This document shows positions 31,584-42,135 of a DNA stretch of 64,000 bases, piece after piece; position 1 is the first letter of the stretch; each line of letters starts with the position of its first letter. A program made the position numbers and the translations under genes. The stretch lies in NCBI GenBank assembly GCA_902616875.1, contig CACMUH010000002.1, positions 10,502-74,501 of the forward strand, in the 5' to 3' direction. The notes beneath the pieces are model-generated. The model searched no databases. It worked only from the letters and a program-made list of their open reading frames with translations, and was not told where the DNA came from. Source of the stretch: an uncultured Pelagibacteraceae bacterium (GTDB taxonomy: Bacteria > Pseudomonadota > Alphaproteobacteria > Pelagibacterales > Pelagibacteraceae).

Positions 31584-32729
31584 ATGGAATATTTCATCAT
31601 TCTACTTATAGTTGTTATAATTTATCTCCTCTATTTACTTAATCAAAAAAAAAACAAATCAATAAATACTGCTACAATAATTAATAAAAGAGAGGAAAAA
31701 ACCAAAAGAGTAATTATTGATGAACTTGAGGATCAGTTTTTTGCATTAAATAAATTTAACATAATTAAATATGCTAATCCAAGTGCATTAAAAAGATTTG
31801 GAAGTAATTTAATTGATAAAAACATATCCTCTGTAATTCGAAAACCAGAATTAATAGATAATATTGAAAAAGCTATCTTAGAAAATAAAACCAAAAATAT
31901 TGATGTTGAAATAGACCTGCCATCATATCAGTTTTATAAAATTTATATTATTCCTGGTCCAACTCATTTATTTACTGAACCAGATTCTGTTGTGTTATTT
32001 TTAAAAGATTTTACTGAAATTACAAAAGCACAAAAATTTAAAACTGATTTTGTAGCAAATGTAAGCCATGAATTAAGAACACCTTTAATGGCAATCAAAG
32101 GATCACTAGAAACAATTGAGGGCCCAGCGTCTGATGATGAAAAGGCTAAAAAAAAATTTATGAAAATAATGACTGATCAATCAAATAGAATGGAAAATTT
32201 AATTAATGATCTTTTAATACTAACAAGAATTGAATTAGAAGAACACATAAGGCCAAACTCTTTAGTTGATATAAATGATCTTTTCAAAACAATCATCAGT
32301 AATTTTGAGATTGTTTTAAAAAGAAAGAAATTAAATATTAATTTATCTCTCGCCAATCCAACAGTTGTTATTGGAGATGAAAAAAAATTACAAACTGTTT
32401 TTTCTAATCTTTTAGATAATGCAATTAAGTATTCAAAGGAAAATAAGTCTATTTTTATATCAAGCAAAATTAGCGATGGTAAATTGTTAGAAAAAAATTT
32501 TATGATCAGTATTAAAGACGAAGGTGTTGGCATTCCTCAAAGATATATTTCTAGAATTACAGAAAGATTTTTTAGGGTAGATCTTGAACAAAGTAACAAG
32601 GTTGGTGGAACCGGTTTAGGATTAGCTATTGTTAAACATATAGTTACTCAACATCGTGGACACTATGAGATTCTAAGTGAGGAAAACCAAGGAACTGAAA
32701 TTCAAATTTATTTACCAGCGAAAACTTAA
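31584..32729 (+). CDS. phoR: Phosphate regulon sensor kinase
   Basis: One TM, PAS-like region, DFVANVSHELRTPL, ITERFFRVD, GGTGLGLAIVKH; next to pst/phoUB. Confidence 0.92.
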   Translation: MEYFIILLIVVIIYLLYLLNQKKNKSINTATIINKREEKTKRVIIDELEDQFFALNKFNIIKYANPSALKRFGSNLIDKNISSVIRKPELIDNIEKAILENKTKNIDVEIDLPSYQFYKIYIIPGPTHLFTEPDSVVLFLKDFTEITKAQKFKTDFVANVSHELRTPLMAIKGSLETIEGPASDDEKAKKKFMKIMTDQSNRMENLINDLLILTRIELEEHIRPNSLVDINDLFKTIISNFEIVLKRKKLNINLSLANPTVVIGDEKKLQTVFSNLLDNAIKYSKENKSIFISSKISDGKLLEKNFMISIKDEGVGIPQRYISRITERFFRVDLEQSNKVGGTGLGLAIVKHIVTQHRGHYEILSEENQGTEIQIYLPAKT

Positions 32730-32820
32730 ATTTAAAAAATATTATATTGTAATAGTTTTAGAAGGTTTTTTTTAACAATTCTTTACTTGATTAATGTTAA
32801 TCTTTTAATTAATTTTTTAT

Positions 32821-33429
32821 ATGGTTAAAATATTCAAAAATATTTTGATTTTTGCTTTTTTATTAAGCTCTATAACAACAAGTGTTTTTTCTAAAGATAT
32901 CACAACATTATTAAGAAATCAGCAACTTACAGTTTTTGATATTGGAATTTTTAGATTAGAGGCAGATTTGAAAACTTCATATCCTTCTATTAAAGATCAT
33001 TTAGAAGTTACTGAAGCTGAATTTTATACAGACGTAGTTACCTCGTATTCTAAAAATTCAATTGATTTAATTGTTTCTGTTCCTATGAATAGAAATCTCA
33101 AGAAGGAAAATTATTTTTCAGATTCTTTTAGATGTAGGAATATTTTTAATTCTGTAAGAGATTTTTTATTGAGGAATGAAAATTTGAGTAATTATAGATA
33201 TACTATGGCTACAAGCTATTTAACCTCTATATTTTCAACCCCAAGTTCATGGCCAAGCTGGAGATATGATGAAGAAATTAGAGAGGAATTAGTAAACTTA
33301 GTAAAACTAGAAATAACTTTACGTCCAACCAAAGAACTAGCTCTTAATGAACAGGTAAACCCTGTTTCATGTATTGGTGGCTTAGAAACTGATATTGATC
33401 AAATAATTATATCAAAAAAATACAACTAA
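32821..33429 (+). CDS. Hypothetical secreted/periplasmic protein (202 aa)
   Basis: Long ORF fills the phoR-pstS gap; Sec-type signal peptide (…SVFS/KD); two Cys; no recognised motif. Confidence 0.75.
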   Translation: MVKIFKNILIFAFLLSSITTSVFSKDITTLLRNQQLTVFDIGIFRLEADLKTSYPSIKDHLEVTEAEFYTDVVTSYSKNSIDLIVSVPMNRNLKKENYFSDSFRCRNIFNSVRDFLLRNENLSNYRYTMATSYLTSIFSTPSSWPSWRYDEEIREELVNLVKLEITLRPTKELALNEQVNPVSCIGGLETDIDQIIISKKYN

Positions 33430-33440
33430 AAAGTTACCTT

Positions 33441-33469
33441 TTTAATAAAAGTGTAACAATTCTGTAATA
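33441..33469 (+). promoter_or_regulatory. Pho box (three units) upstream of pstS
   Basis: TTTAATA-AAAG-TGTAACA-ATTC-TGTAATA; 11-bp period, about 70 bp before the ATG. Confidence 0.85.
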
Positions 33470-33538
33470 TTAAAGATTCAATAAATTTATACGAGTCAAT
33501 CATCTTTTAATTAATAAATAACGAAAGGATTAAAGATA

Positions 33539-34570
33539 ATGAAAAAACTAACTATAGTAATTGCTTCTTTAGTTGCACTTTCAATTGCAACTGTTGCTCA
33601 AGCAAGAGATCAAATTAAGATAGTTGGTTCTTCTACAGTATTCCCTTATGCAACAGTTGTTGCTGAAAGATTTGGTGGTTCAGGATTTAAAACTCCTGTA
33701 ATCGAGTCTACTGGTACTGGTGGTGGAGCTAAACTATTCTGTGCTGGTGTAGGTGAACAACATCCAGATATTACAAATGCATCAAGAGCTATGAAAGATA
33801 AAGAAAAAGCTCTATGTAAGAAAAATGGTGTTAATGATATCGTTGAGATCGTAATTGGTAACGATGGTATTACATTAGCTTACAGCAAAGATGCAAAACC
33901 AGTAAACTTTACTAAAGAACAATTATATTTAGCACTTGCTGCTCATACAGTTGTTGATGGTAAATTAGTTCCAAATATTTATAAAACTTGGGACCAAATT
34001 GACCCTAGCTTACCAAAACAAAAAATTTCAGTGATGATCCCACCAGGAACATCAGGAACTAGAGATGCTTGGAATTCTTTAGTAATGAAAAAAGGTATGA
34101 CTAAAGAAGCTAAAGCTCTTTATAAAGCTGGTTTTGAAGCTGGAAATAAAAAATACAAAAAACCTCAAAAACTTTACAGAGAAGATGGTGCTGCTATTGA
34201 AGTTGGAGAAAACGATAGTTTAATCATCCAAAAGTTAACTCAAGATAAAGAAATGTTTGGTTTCTTTGGTTTCAGTTATTTCTTAGCTGCAAAAGATAAA
34301 TTGCAAGCAGCAAGTATTGATGGTGGACAACCGTCATTAAAATCTATTCAAGACTACAGTTATGCTGTTGCTAGACCTTTATTCTTCTACGTGAAAAAAG
34401 CACACGTTGGAGTAATTCCAGGCTTACATGAGTTTGTGAAAGAATTCACAACTAAGAAAGCTATTGGAAAAGGTGGTTACTTAGCAGACATTGGTTTAGT
34501 GCCATTAGACTCTAAGTTGTATAAAACAACTAGAACTAATGCTACGAAGCTAGTTGCTATGGGTAATTAA
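33539..34570 (+). CDS. pstS: Phosphate ABC transporter substrate-binding protein
   Basis: Signal peptide, IVGSSTVFP, STGTGGG, NASR, SGTRD, RPLFFY. Confidence 0.96.
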   Translation: MKKLTIVIASLVALSIATVAQARDQIKIVGSSTVFPYATVVAERFGGSGFKTPVIESTGTGGGAKLFCAGVGEQHPDITNASRAMKDKEKALCKKNGVNDIVEIVIGNDGITLAYSKDAKPVNFTKEQLYLALAAHTVVDGKLVPNIYKTWDQIDPSLPKQKISVMIPPGTSGTRDAWNSLVMKKGMTKEAKALYKAGFEAGNKKYKKPQKLYREDGAAIEVGENDSLIIQKLTQDKEMFGFFGFSYFLAAKDKLQAASIDGGQPSLKSIQDYSYAVARPLFFYVKKAHVGVIPGLHEFVKEFTTKKAIGKGGYLADIGLVPLDSKLYKTTRTNATKLVAMGN

Positions 34571-34594
34571 TTATTCCTCAGTTAACAAATGATT

Positions 34595-34626
34595 AAAAAG
34601 GGGGTCTTTTTAGACCCCTTTTTTTT
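34595..34626 (+). terminator. Terminator/stabilising hairpin after pstS
   Basis: AAAAAGGGGGTCT-TTTT-AGACCCCTTTTTTTT. Confidence 0.88.
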
Positions 34627-34661
34627 AAAAAAAGAGTAAAGTCCTCACTTAAGGAGATTCT

Positions 34662-36047
34662 GTGAACTTAATATTATTTACATTTATTGTTCTTCTAGGT
34701 TTCACAAGCTATTATTTTGGACGCAAAAAAGCATATACAATTCAATCTACAAAAAAAAGATTAACCGCATTACCACAATTTTATGGTTATTATCTTGCAA
34801 TCTGGTGTGCAATACCAGCCTTTATAATTTTTTCATTATGGGCAATTTTTGAGCCCACAATTGTAAAACTATTAATCTTAAGTGATTATTCAAATCAAGG
34901 TTATCTTGATGATGAATTAAATTTATTATACGAAAAATCAAAAGCATTGTCTCGAGGGCAATTCACTGGAGAAATTACACCTTTTATTGAAGCTTCAGCT
35001 GAAAAATATTTAAGTCTTCGATCAATAGCTCAAAGTTCAAAAGTTGTTATAGTATTATCTGCAATTATTGCCTCTGTTGCTTATGCGTATAAAAGAATTT
35101 CATCTAATTCTAGAACAAGAGAACCAGTTGAAAAATTTTTGAACGCAGTTTTATTTACAGCTTCTTTAGCTGCAATATTAACTACTGTTGGAATAGTTTT
35201 CTCACTTATATTTCAAACTATAGATTTTTTTAAAGTAATTCCATTATTTGATTTTGTCTTTGGAACTCACTGGTATCCAGCAAAAGCTTTTGTTAGAGAT
35301 TCTTCTGAGGCTTTAGATCCGACAATGTATTCAGATACTTTTGGAGCAGTCCCTATTTTTGCAGGTACTTTTTTTATTGCATTTATTGCTATGTGCGTTG
35401 CTATCCCAATTGGATTAATGAGTGGAATTTATTTAGCTGAATATGCATCAACTAAAGTTAGACAATATGCAAAACCATTAATTGAAATTTTAGCTGGTAT
35501 ACCAACAGTTGTTTATGGTTTTTTTGCTGCCCTAACTGTTGGACCATTTTTGAAAGAATTAGGAACTTCAATGGGTCTTGAAGTTTCAGCTGAAAGTGCT
35601 TTAGCAGCAGGAGGGGTAATGGGTATTATGATTATACCATTTATTTCAAGTTTAAGTGACGATGTAATTACAAGTGTGCCTCAAAGTTTAAGAGATGGAA
35701 GTTACGCTATGGGAGCAACTAAATCAGAAACAATTAAGAGAGTTATTTTTCCCGCAGCATTGCCGGGGATAGTTGGATCTATTTTACTTGGTGTTTCAAG
35801 AGCTATTGGAGAAACAATGATAGTTGTTATGGCCTCTGGTTTAGCTGCTAATTTAACTTTAAATCCTTTAGAGTCTACTTCAACGATTACAGCTCAAATT
35901 GTAGTTATTCTAATTGGTGACCAAGCTTTTGGCGACCCAAAAACGCAAGCTGCTTTTGCTTTAGGTATGTCATTATTTTTAGTAACACTTTGTTTAAATA
36001 TTGTGGCCTTGAGAGTAGTTAAAAAATATAGAGAAAAATATGAATAA
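34662..36047 (+). CDS. pstC: Phosphate ABC transporter permease PstC (GTG start)
   Basis: LAGIPTVVYG, SRAIGETMIV; AAGGAG RBS. Confidence 0.95.
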   Translation: MNLILFTFIVLLGFTSYYFGRKKAYTIQSTKKRLTALPQFYGYYLAIWCAIPAFIIFSLWAIFEPTIVKLLILSDYSNQGYLDDELNLLYEKSKALSRGQFTGEITPFIEASAEKYLSLRSIAQSSKVVIVLSAIIASVAYAYKRISSNSRTREPVEKFLNAVLFTASLAAILTTVGIVFSLIFQTIDFFKVIPLFDFVFGTHWYPAKAFVRDSSEALDPTMYSDTFGAVPIFAGTFFIAFIAMCVAIPIGLMSGIYLAEYASTKVRQYAKPLIEILAGIPTVVYGFFAALTVGPFLKELGTSMGLEVSAESALAAGGVMGIMIIPFISSLSDDVITSVPQSLRDGSYAMGATKSETIKRVIFPAALPGIVGSILLGVSRAIGETMIVVMASGLAANLTLNPLESTSTITAQIVVILIGDQAFGDPKTQAAFALGMSLFLVTLCLNIVALRVVKKYREKYE

Positions 36048-37308
36048 AAATAAAGAACAATTATTAAATAAAAGATATAAAGCTGAACAGCGATTTCGCT
36101 TATACGGTCTGAGTGCAATTTTTATGGCACTTTTATTTTTAACAATCTTTATTTTTAAAATTTTTTCAACTGGCTATTCAGCTTTTCAAAAAACATGGCT
36201 TATTGTTCCAGTAACTTTCGATGCTGAATTAATGATGTTAGACCAAAATCCTTCTAAAGAAGATTTACAGGACGCTGATTATTACGATATAGCATTAAAA
36301 TCAATGGCTGATTTAGATCCAAACGCCAATGAAGATCAAGAAAATGAATTGAAGAGAATGGTGTCTTATTTTTTTGAAAAAGAAATTAAAAATGAACTTT
36401 TAAATGACCCTAATTTAATAGGAAAAACAAAGGAAGTTTATCTAACTGCTTCAGATGATTTAGACCAAGTCTTTAAAGGAAATTATCCAAGAGATTTACC
36501 TGAAGACCAAAGAAGAGTAAGCGATTATCAATTAAAAATTTTTGATCAACTTGTTGCAAATGGTAAGGTTGAAAGTAAATTTAATATAAGTTTTTTTACA
36601 AATGCTGACTCAAGAGAAGCTGAGCTAGCTGGAATAGCAAGTTCATTTATGGGCTCAATTTTTTCTATACTTGTTTGTTTAATGATAGCTTTTCCTGTTG
36701 CGGTTCTAGCTGCAATCTATCTTGAAGAATTTGCCCCTAAAAATAGATTTACTGATTTTATTGAAGTTAATATAAACAACTTAGCAGCGGTTCCATCTAT
36801 AGTTTTTGGTCTATTAGGGTTAGGAGTTTTATTGGCTATATTTCAATTACCAAGGTCTACCCCATTAGTTGGAGGTATCACTTTGTCCTTAATGACCCTA
36901 CCAACAATAATTATAGCTGCTAGAGCATCTTTAAAAGCAGTTCCACCAAGTATAAGAGAGGCAGCACTTGCTATGGGAGCAAGTCGAATGCAAACCACAA
37001 TGCATCATACAATTCCTCTTTCTATGCCTGGCACGTTATCAGGAACAATAATTGGTTTAGCTCAAGCTTTAGGAGAAACTGCACCCTTAATTTTAATTGG
37101 AATGGTTGCTTTTGTTAACACGATACCTGGATCACCCATGGATCCTGCTGCAAGCTTACCAGTTCAAATTTATATTTGGGCTGAAAGTGCTGAAAGGGGA
37201 TTTGTAGAAAAAGTTTCGGCATGTATAATGGTCTTACTTGGCTTTTTAATAATAATGAATTTATTTGCCCAAATAATAAGACATAAGTTTGAGAAAAAAT
37301 GGAGTTAA
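36040..37308 (+). CDS. pstA: Phosphate ABC transporter permease PstA
   Basis: [21 protein letters not shown]. Confidence 0.95.
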   Translation: MNKNKEQLLNKRYKAEQRFRLYGLSAIFMALLFLTIFIFKIFSTGYSAFQKTWLIVPVTFDAELMMLDQNPSKEDLQDADYYDIALKSMADLDPNANEDQENELKRMVSYFFEKEIKNELLNDPNLIGKTKEVYLTASDDLDQVFKGNYPRDLPEDQRRVSDYQLKIFDQLVANGKVESKFNISFFTNADSREAELAGIASSFMGSIFSILVCLMIAFPVAVLAAIYLEEFAPKNRFTDFIEVNINNLAAVPSIVFGLLGLGVLLAIFQLPRSTPLVGGITLSLMTLPTIIIAARASLKAVPPSIREAALAMGASRMQTTMHHTIPLSMPGTLSGTIIGLAQALGETAPLILIGMVAFVNTIPGSPMDPAASLPVQIYIWAESAERGFVEKVSACIMVLLGFLIIMNLFAQIIRHKFEKKWS

Positions 37309-37309
37309 A

Positions 37310-38065
37310 ATGATAAAGATTAAAGCAAAAGATGTTGATGTTTTTTATGGAAAAAAACAAGCGCTCTTTAATATAAGTTTAGATATTGAGGAAAATCAAG
37401 TAACGGCATTAATTGGTCCATCTGGTTGTGGTAAATCAACTTTCCTAAGATGTCTTAATAGAATGAATGATGTAATTGATATCTGTAGTGTTAAAGGAGA
37501 AATTTTAATTAATGATTTTAATATCAATGATAAAAGTTGTGATGTCGTAAGACTAAGAGAAAAAATTGGTATGGTTTTTCAAAAACCCAATCCTTTCCCA
37601 AAAACTTTATATGAAAATGTATCTTACGGTCCAACAATTCATGGTATGGCTCAATCAAAACAAGAAATGGATGAAATTGTTGAAACTAGTTTGAAAAAGG
37701 CTGCATTATGGGAAGAGGTAAAAGATAGGTTGCATGAACCTGGAACTGGATTATCTGGAGGACAACAGCAAAGACTTTGTATTGCTAGAGCGATTTCTGT
37801 AAGACCTGAAGTTATATTAATGGATGAACCTTGTTCAGCATTAGATCCAATAGCAACAGCACAAATTGAAGAATTGATTGATGAGTTAAAAAAAGAGCAC
37901 ACAATAATAATTGTAACTCATTCTATGGCTCAAGCAGCACGTGTTTCTCAAAATACAGGTTTTTTTCATTTAGGACAATTGATTGAACATGGATCTACTG
38001 ATAAAATATTTAAAAATCCTGATAATAAAAAAACGCAAGATTATATAACAGGGAGGTTTGGATAA
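37310..38065 (+). CDS. pstB: Phosphate ABC transporter ATPase
   Basis: [32 protein letters not shown]. Start set to ATG 37310 after a GGAG RBS. Confidence 0.96.
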   Translation: MIKIKAKDVDVFYGKKQALFNISLDIEENQVTALIGPSGCGKSTFLRCLNRMNDVIDICSVKGEILINDFNINDKSCDVVRLREKIGMVFQKPNPFPKTLYENVSYGPTIHGMAQSKQEMDEIVETSLKKAALWEEVKDRLHEPGTGLSGGQQQRLCIARAISVRPEVILMDEPCSALDPIATAQIEELIDELKKEHTIIIVTHSMAQAARVSQNTGFFHLGQLIEHGSTDKIFKNPDNKKTQDYITGRFG

Positions 38066-38772
38066 TGTCTGAAGCACCACATACAGTCAAATCTTACGAA
38101 GAAGAACTAAAAAATCTTAATGCTAATATAATTAAAATGGGAAGTGCATGTGAAGATTCTTTAGGTAAAGCAATTCAAGCCATTACAACAAGAGATAACA
38201 ATATTGCAGAAGCTGTTATTCAAGAAGATGAAAAAATAGATAAATATGAGACTTTAATTGAACAGCAAGTTGTGAATTTAATTGCTTTAAGACAACCTAT
38301 GGCAATTGATTTAAGAGAGACAGTAACGGCTTTGAAAATGTCTTCAGATTTAGAAAGAATAGGTGATTTAGCAAAAAATATATCCAAGAGAACACTTTTG
38401 CTTAACGAAAATCTTCCAAAGAACTTGGTAGACTCATTGAATAGAGTATCTACCAATGTTCAAAAACAATTAAAATCAACATTAGATGCTTATCTAGAAA
38501 GATCTGCGCCAATGGCAGTAAATGTTTGGGAAGGTGATGAGCAAATAGATGATCTAACAAATCTTTGTATGCAAGAAGTTATAAAATATCTTAAAGAAAA
38601 TGAAAAAAATTTAGAAGATGGAACCCATTTATTGTTTGTAACTAAAAACATAGAGCGTATTGGTGATCATACTACAAATGTTGCAGAACAAGTTTATTAT
38701 TTAGTTAAAGGCGAATATTTAGAAGGTGATAGACCCAAGGGAACAGAGCCAATTGTAACCGGAGAAAAATGA
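38065..38772 (+). CDS. phoU: Phosphate signalling protein PhoU
   Basis: QPMAIDLR, DLERIGD, IERIGDH. Confidence 0.96.
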   Translation: MSEAPHTVKSYEEELKNLNANIIKMGSACEDSLGKAIQAITTRDNNIAEAVIQEDEKIDKYETLIEQQVVNLIALRQPMAIDLRETVTALKMSSDLERIGDLAKNISKRTLLLNENLPKNLVDSLNRVSTNVQKQLKSTLDAYLERSAPMAVNVWEGDEQIDDLTNLCMQEVIKYLKENEKNLEDGTHLLFVTKNIERIGDHTTNVAEQVYYLVKGEYLEGDRPKGTEPIVTGEK

Positions 38773-38775
38773 TTT

Positions 38776-39459
38776 ATGTCAGCTCATGTTTTCATAGCTG
38801 AAGATGAAGCATCAATTGTTAGTTTGTTAAAGTACAATCTTGAAAAAGAAGGTTATAAAGTCAGTCATTCAGAAAATGGAGAAGATGCTCTTAAACAAAT
38901 AAAATTAAAACAGCCAGATTTAATATTAATGGATTGGATGTTACCAGAATTATCTGGTGTTGAAATTTGTAAAAACTTAAAAAAAGATAATAAGTTTAAT
39001 GATATTCCTGTCATTATGTTAACTGCAAAAGGGGAGGAAGAAGACAAATTAAAAGCATTTGATACAGGTGCAGATGATTATGTAACTAAACCTTTTAGTC
39101 AAAAAGAATTGAATGCTAGAATTAAATCTTTATTGAGAAGATCTAAACCTCAATCATCATCAGACATTGTAGAATTTACTGATTTAAAAATAGATCGGAT
39201 TACAAAAAGAGTTTATAGAAAAGATAAAGAAATTACTTTGGGTCCAACTGAATTTAAACTCTTAGATTTTTTTATCAAAAATCCAAAAAGAGTTTATTCA
39301 AGAGAACAACTCTTAAACAATGTTTGGGGAGAAAATATATATGTTGAGTCTAGAACAGTTGATGTTCATATTAGAAGATTAAGACAAGCAATTAACATAC
39401 AAAATACAAAACCTTTAATTAGAACAGTAAGATCAGCTGGTTATTCTTTAGAATCTTGA
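38776..39459 (+). CDS. phoB: Phosphate regulon response regulator
   Basis: DWMLP, GADDYVTKPFS, LGPTEF, RTVDVHIRRLR, RTVRSAGY. Confidence 0.96.
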   Translation: MSAHVFIAEDEASIVSLLKYNLEKEGYKVSHSENGEDALKQIKLKQPDLILMDWMLPELSGVEICKNLKKDNKFNDIPVIMLTAKGEEEDKLKAFDTGADDYVTKPFSQKELNARIKSLLRRSKPQSSSDIVEFTDLKIDRITKRVYRKDKEITLGPTEFKLLDFFIKNPKRVYSREQLLNNVWGENIYVESRTVDVHIRRLRQAINIQNTKPLIRTVRSAGYSLES

Positions 39460-39965
39460 AGATCTTTGGGTCTTATAAATTTTTTTAATACTCCCTTTTT
39501 CTCAACTTCATTCCAGGATTTAATATCAAACTCAATTTTTGCAAATGCTGCTGTTGGGAATTTATAATTCATTAGTTTAAAATTATTCGTATTATGATTT
39601 TTTGTAAGATTTCGTACTAAATTTTTCACTGATGGTTCATGGTTTATAATCAAAATTGATTTATATTCACTGGATATTTCTTTAATTTTTTTTACAATTG
39701 CATTCTCATCAACTAAATATAAATCTTTTGAAAAATTAACTTTTTTTGGCTTATTAATTTTCTTGGATAAAATTTGAAAAGTTTTTTTTGTTCTTTTTGA
39801 TGATGAAATTAATGCATAATCAAATTCAAATTTTTTTTTAACAAAAAATTCACAAATCATTTTTGCATTCTTCTTGCCTCTTTTAGTAAGTGGTCTATCA
39901 AAATCATTAATACTTAAATCATCCCAACTAGATTTTGCGTGTCTCATGACGTATAATTGATACAT
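39441..39965 (-). CDS. sixA: SixA-family phosphohistidine phosphatase
   Basis: MRHAKS, DRPLTKRG, SSSKRTKKT, NHEP, KFPTAA. Start set at ATG 39965. Confidence 0.87.
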   Translation of the reverse strand: MYQLYVMRHAKSSWDDLSINDFDRPLTKRGKKNAKMICEFFVKKKFEFDYALISSSKRTKKTFQILSKKINKPKKVNFSKDLYLVDENAIVKKIKEISSEYKSILIINHEPSVKNLVRNLTKNHNTNNFKLMNYKFPTAAFAKIEFDIKSWNEVEKKGVLKKFIRPKDLQDSKE

Positions 39966-39978
39966 AAAATCTAAATAT

Positions 39979-42135
39979 ATGACTGCTTTAAAAAAACAAC
40001 ATAAAGAAGAGTTGAAATCTAAATATATAAATAGAGAGCTTTCTTGGTTAAAATTCAACGATAGAGTACTTTTAGAGGCGCAAAATATCGAAAATCCTCT
40101 TTATGAAAGAGTAAAGTTTTTATCAATTGCTGGGTCTAATCTAGATGAATTTTTTATGGTCCGTGTAGCCGGGTTATATAGTCAAATAAAACAAGAAGTT
40201 GACTCACTAAGCTCTGATGGTTTGACACCTGAAGAGCAAATGGATGAGGTAGTGCTTGAAACTAAGAATCTATTAAAAAAACAGAACAAAATTTTTATTC
40301 AACTGATTATGGAATTAAAAAAAAATAATATCAATTTAGTTAAACCGGTTAATTTAAATACTAAGGATAAAAAAAAACTTTTAGAAATATTTAAAGAAGA
40401 GATTTACCCTTTATTAACACCATCAGCAATTGATCCTGCACATCCATTTCCATTTATAATCAATCAAGGAAGAGCAATTGTAATGAAGTTAAGAAAAAAA
40501 AATAAAAAAAGGATTTTAAACTCAATAATAGTAATACCAAAAGCATTATCTAGATTTATTGAAATTGAGTCTTCAAAAAATCATAAGAAATTTGTGATTC
40601 TAGATGATGTAATAAGTTTTTTTGCTAATGAAATTTTTCCAGATCATGATTTAGAAAAGAAAATGATTTTTAGAGTAATAAGAGACAGCGATGTAGAGAT
40701 TCAAGAGGAAGCAGAAGATCTGGTTAGATCTTTTGAATTGGCTTTAAAAAGACGTAGAACGGGTGATATTGTTCGTTTAGAGGTTCTTGAAAATAGTGAT
40801 AACGAATTGATAAGATTTATAATTAATAAATTAGATATAAATCCTGACTATATTTATGATGTTGCTGGCCTTGTTGGAATTCAAGATATAGATCAAATAT
40901 GTAAAGTAAAAAATCCAAAATTAAGATTTAAACATTTTACACCTAGAGAAGTTGAAAGATTAAAAGAATATAATGATAATTTTTTTGAAACTATTAAAAA
41001 GAAAGATTTAGTTGTTCATCATCCTTTTGAAACATTTGACTCAGTAATTGAATTTTTAAACCAAGCAGCAAATGATAAAAAAGTTATAGCTATAAAACAA
41101 ACTCTATATAGAACAACTCTAGATTCACCTATTGTTAAAGCTTTAATAACAGCTGCAGAAAACGGAAAAACAGTTACCGCTTTAATTGAAATTAAAGCTA
41201 GATTTGATGAGGAAGCTAATATTCAACTATCAAGAAGTTTAGAAAAAGTAGGTGTTCAAATTGTTTATGGTTTTGCTAAATATAAAACTCATGCAAAATC
41301 ATCATTAGTTTTAAGAAGAGAACAGGGTAAAATACAAACTTATTTTCATTTAGGAACTGGCAATTATCATCCAGTAAATGCAAAAATTTATACTGATTTG
41401 TCTTTATTTAGTTGTGATAAGAAAATGGCATCAGATGTTGAAAAGTTTTTCAATTATGTAACAGGATACGCAAAACCAAAAAATTTAAATAAAATTTCTA
41501 TTTCGCCAGTAAATATGAGGCAAACCTTAAATGAAAATATTGATGCTGAAATTAAAAATTCTAAAAATGGAAAATTTGCAGCTATTTGGGCAAAAATGAA
41601 CTCTTTAGTAGATCCAGAAATTATTGATAAATTTTATGAAGCTTCGAATGCTGGTGTAAAAATTCATTTATTTGTAAGGGGTGTTTGTTGTTTAAGACCA
41701 GGAGTAAAAGATAGATCAGAAAACATATTTGTAAAAAGTATCATAGGAAGATTTTTAGAGCATTCTAGAATTTATTGTTTTAGTAATGGTACAAAAAAAA
41801 TGCCTAATAGAAATGCAAAAGTATATATTTCGTCAGCTGATTTAATGCCGAGAAATTTAAATCGAAGGGTAGAACTTCTAGTCCCAATTGAAAATGAGAC
41901 TGTTCATGAACAGATCTTAGATCAAATAATGTTGGCAAATTATCTTGATACTAATCAGAGCTGGGAACTTGAAGCTGATGGTAATTATAAAAAAATTAAA
42001 TATAGTAAGATCGATTCCTTTTCAGCTCATGAATATTTTATGAATAATCCGAGCTTATCTGGAAGAGGTAAAGCTAAACTAAGAATGCAGCCTAAACAAC
42101 TGCACTTAAGATTGATTAAAAGTGGAAGTAATTAA
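39979..42135 (+). CDS. ppk: Polyphosphate kinase 1
   Basis: NRELSWLKFNDRVL, NLDEFFMVRVAGL, DPAHPFP, KTHAK, GTGNY, FLEHSR, RNLNRRVE. Confidence 0.97.
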   Translation: MTALKKQHKEELKSKYINRELSWLKFNDRVLLEAQNIENPLYERVKFLSIAGSNLDEFFMVRVAGLYSQIKQEVDSLSSDGLTPEEQMDEVVLETKNLLKKQNKIFIQLIMELKKNNINLVKPVNLNTKDKKKLLEIFKEEIYPLLTPSAIDPAHPFPFIINQGRAIVMKLRKKNKKRILNSIIVIPKALSRFIEIESSKNHKKFVILDDVISFFANEIFPDHDLEKKMIFRVIRDSDVEIQEEAEDLVRSFELALKRRRTGDIVRLEVLENSDNELIRFIINKLDINPDYIYDVAGLVGIQDIDQICKVKNPKLRFKHFTPREVERLKEYNDNFFETIKKKDLVVHHPFETFDSVIEFLNQAANDKKVIAIKQTLYRTTLDSPIVKALITAAENGKTVTALIEIKARFDEEANIQLSRSLEKVGVQIVYGFAKYKTHAKSSLVLRREQGKIQTYFHLGTGNYHPVNAKIYTDLSLFSCDKKMASDVEKFFNYVTGYAKPKNLNKISISPVNMRQTLNENIDAEIKNSKNGKFAAIWAKMNSLVDPEIIDKFYEASNAGVKIHLFVRGVCCLRPGVKDRSENIFVKSIIGRFLEHSRIYCFSNGTKKMPNRNAKVYISSADLMPRNLNRRVELLVPIENETVHEQILDQIMLANYLDTNQSWELEADGNYKKIKYSKIDSFSAHEYFMNNPSLSGRGKAKLRMQPKQLHLRLIKSGSN

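Noticed and set aside
32748-32777. TGTAATA and TTTAACA upstream of the 202-aa gene as a Pho box
   Set aside because: Spacing is 23 bp, not a multiple of 11, and the intervening unit does not match.
39966-40058. N-terminal extension of sixA in the ORF track (similarly for cinA, pstB, znuA, xthA)
   Set aside because: The extensions overlap neighbouring genes or operators; downstream ATGs coincide with family N-termini.
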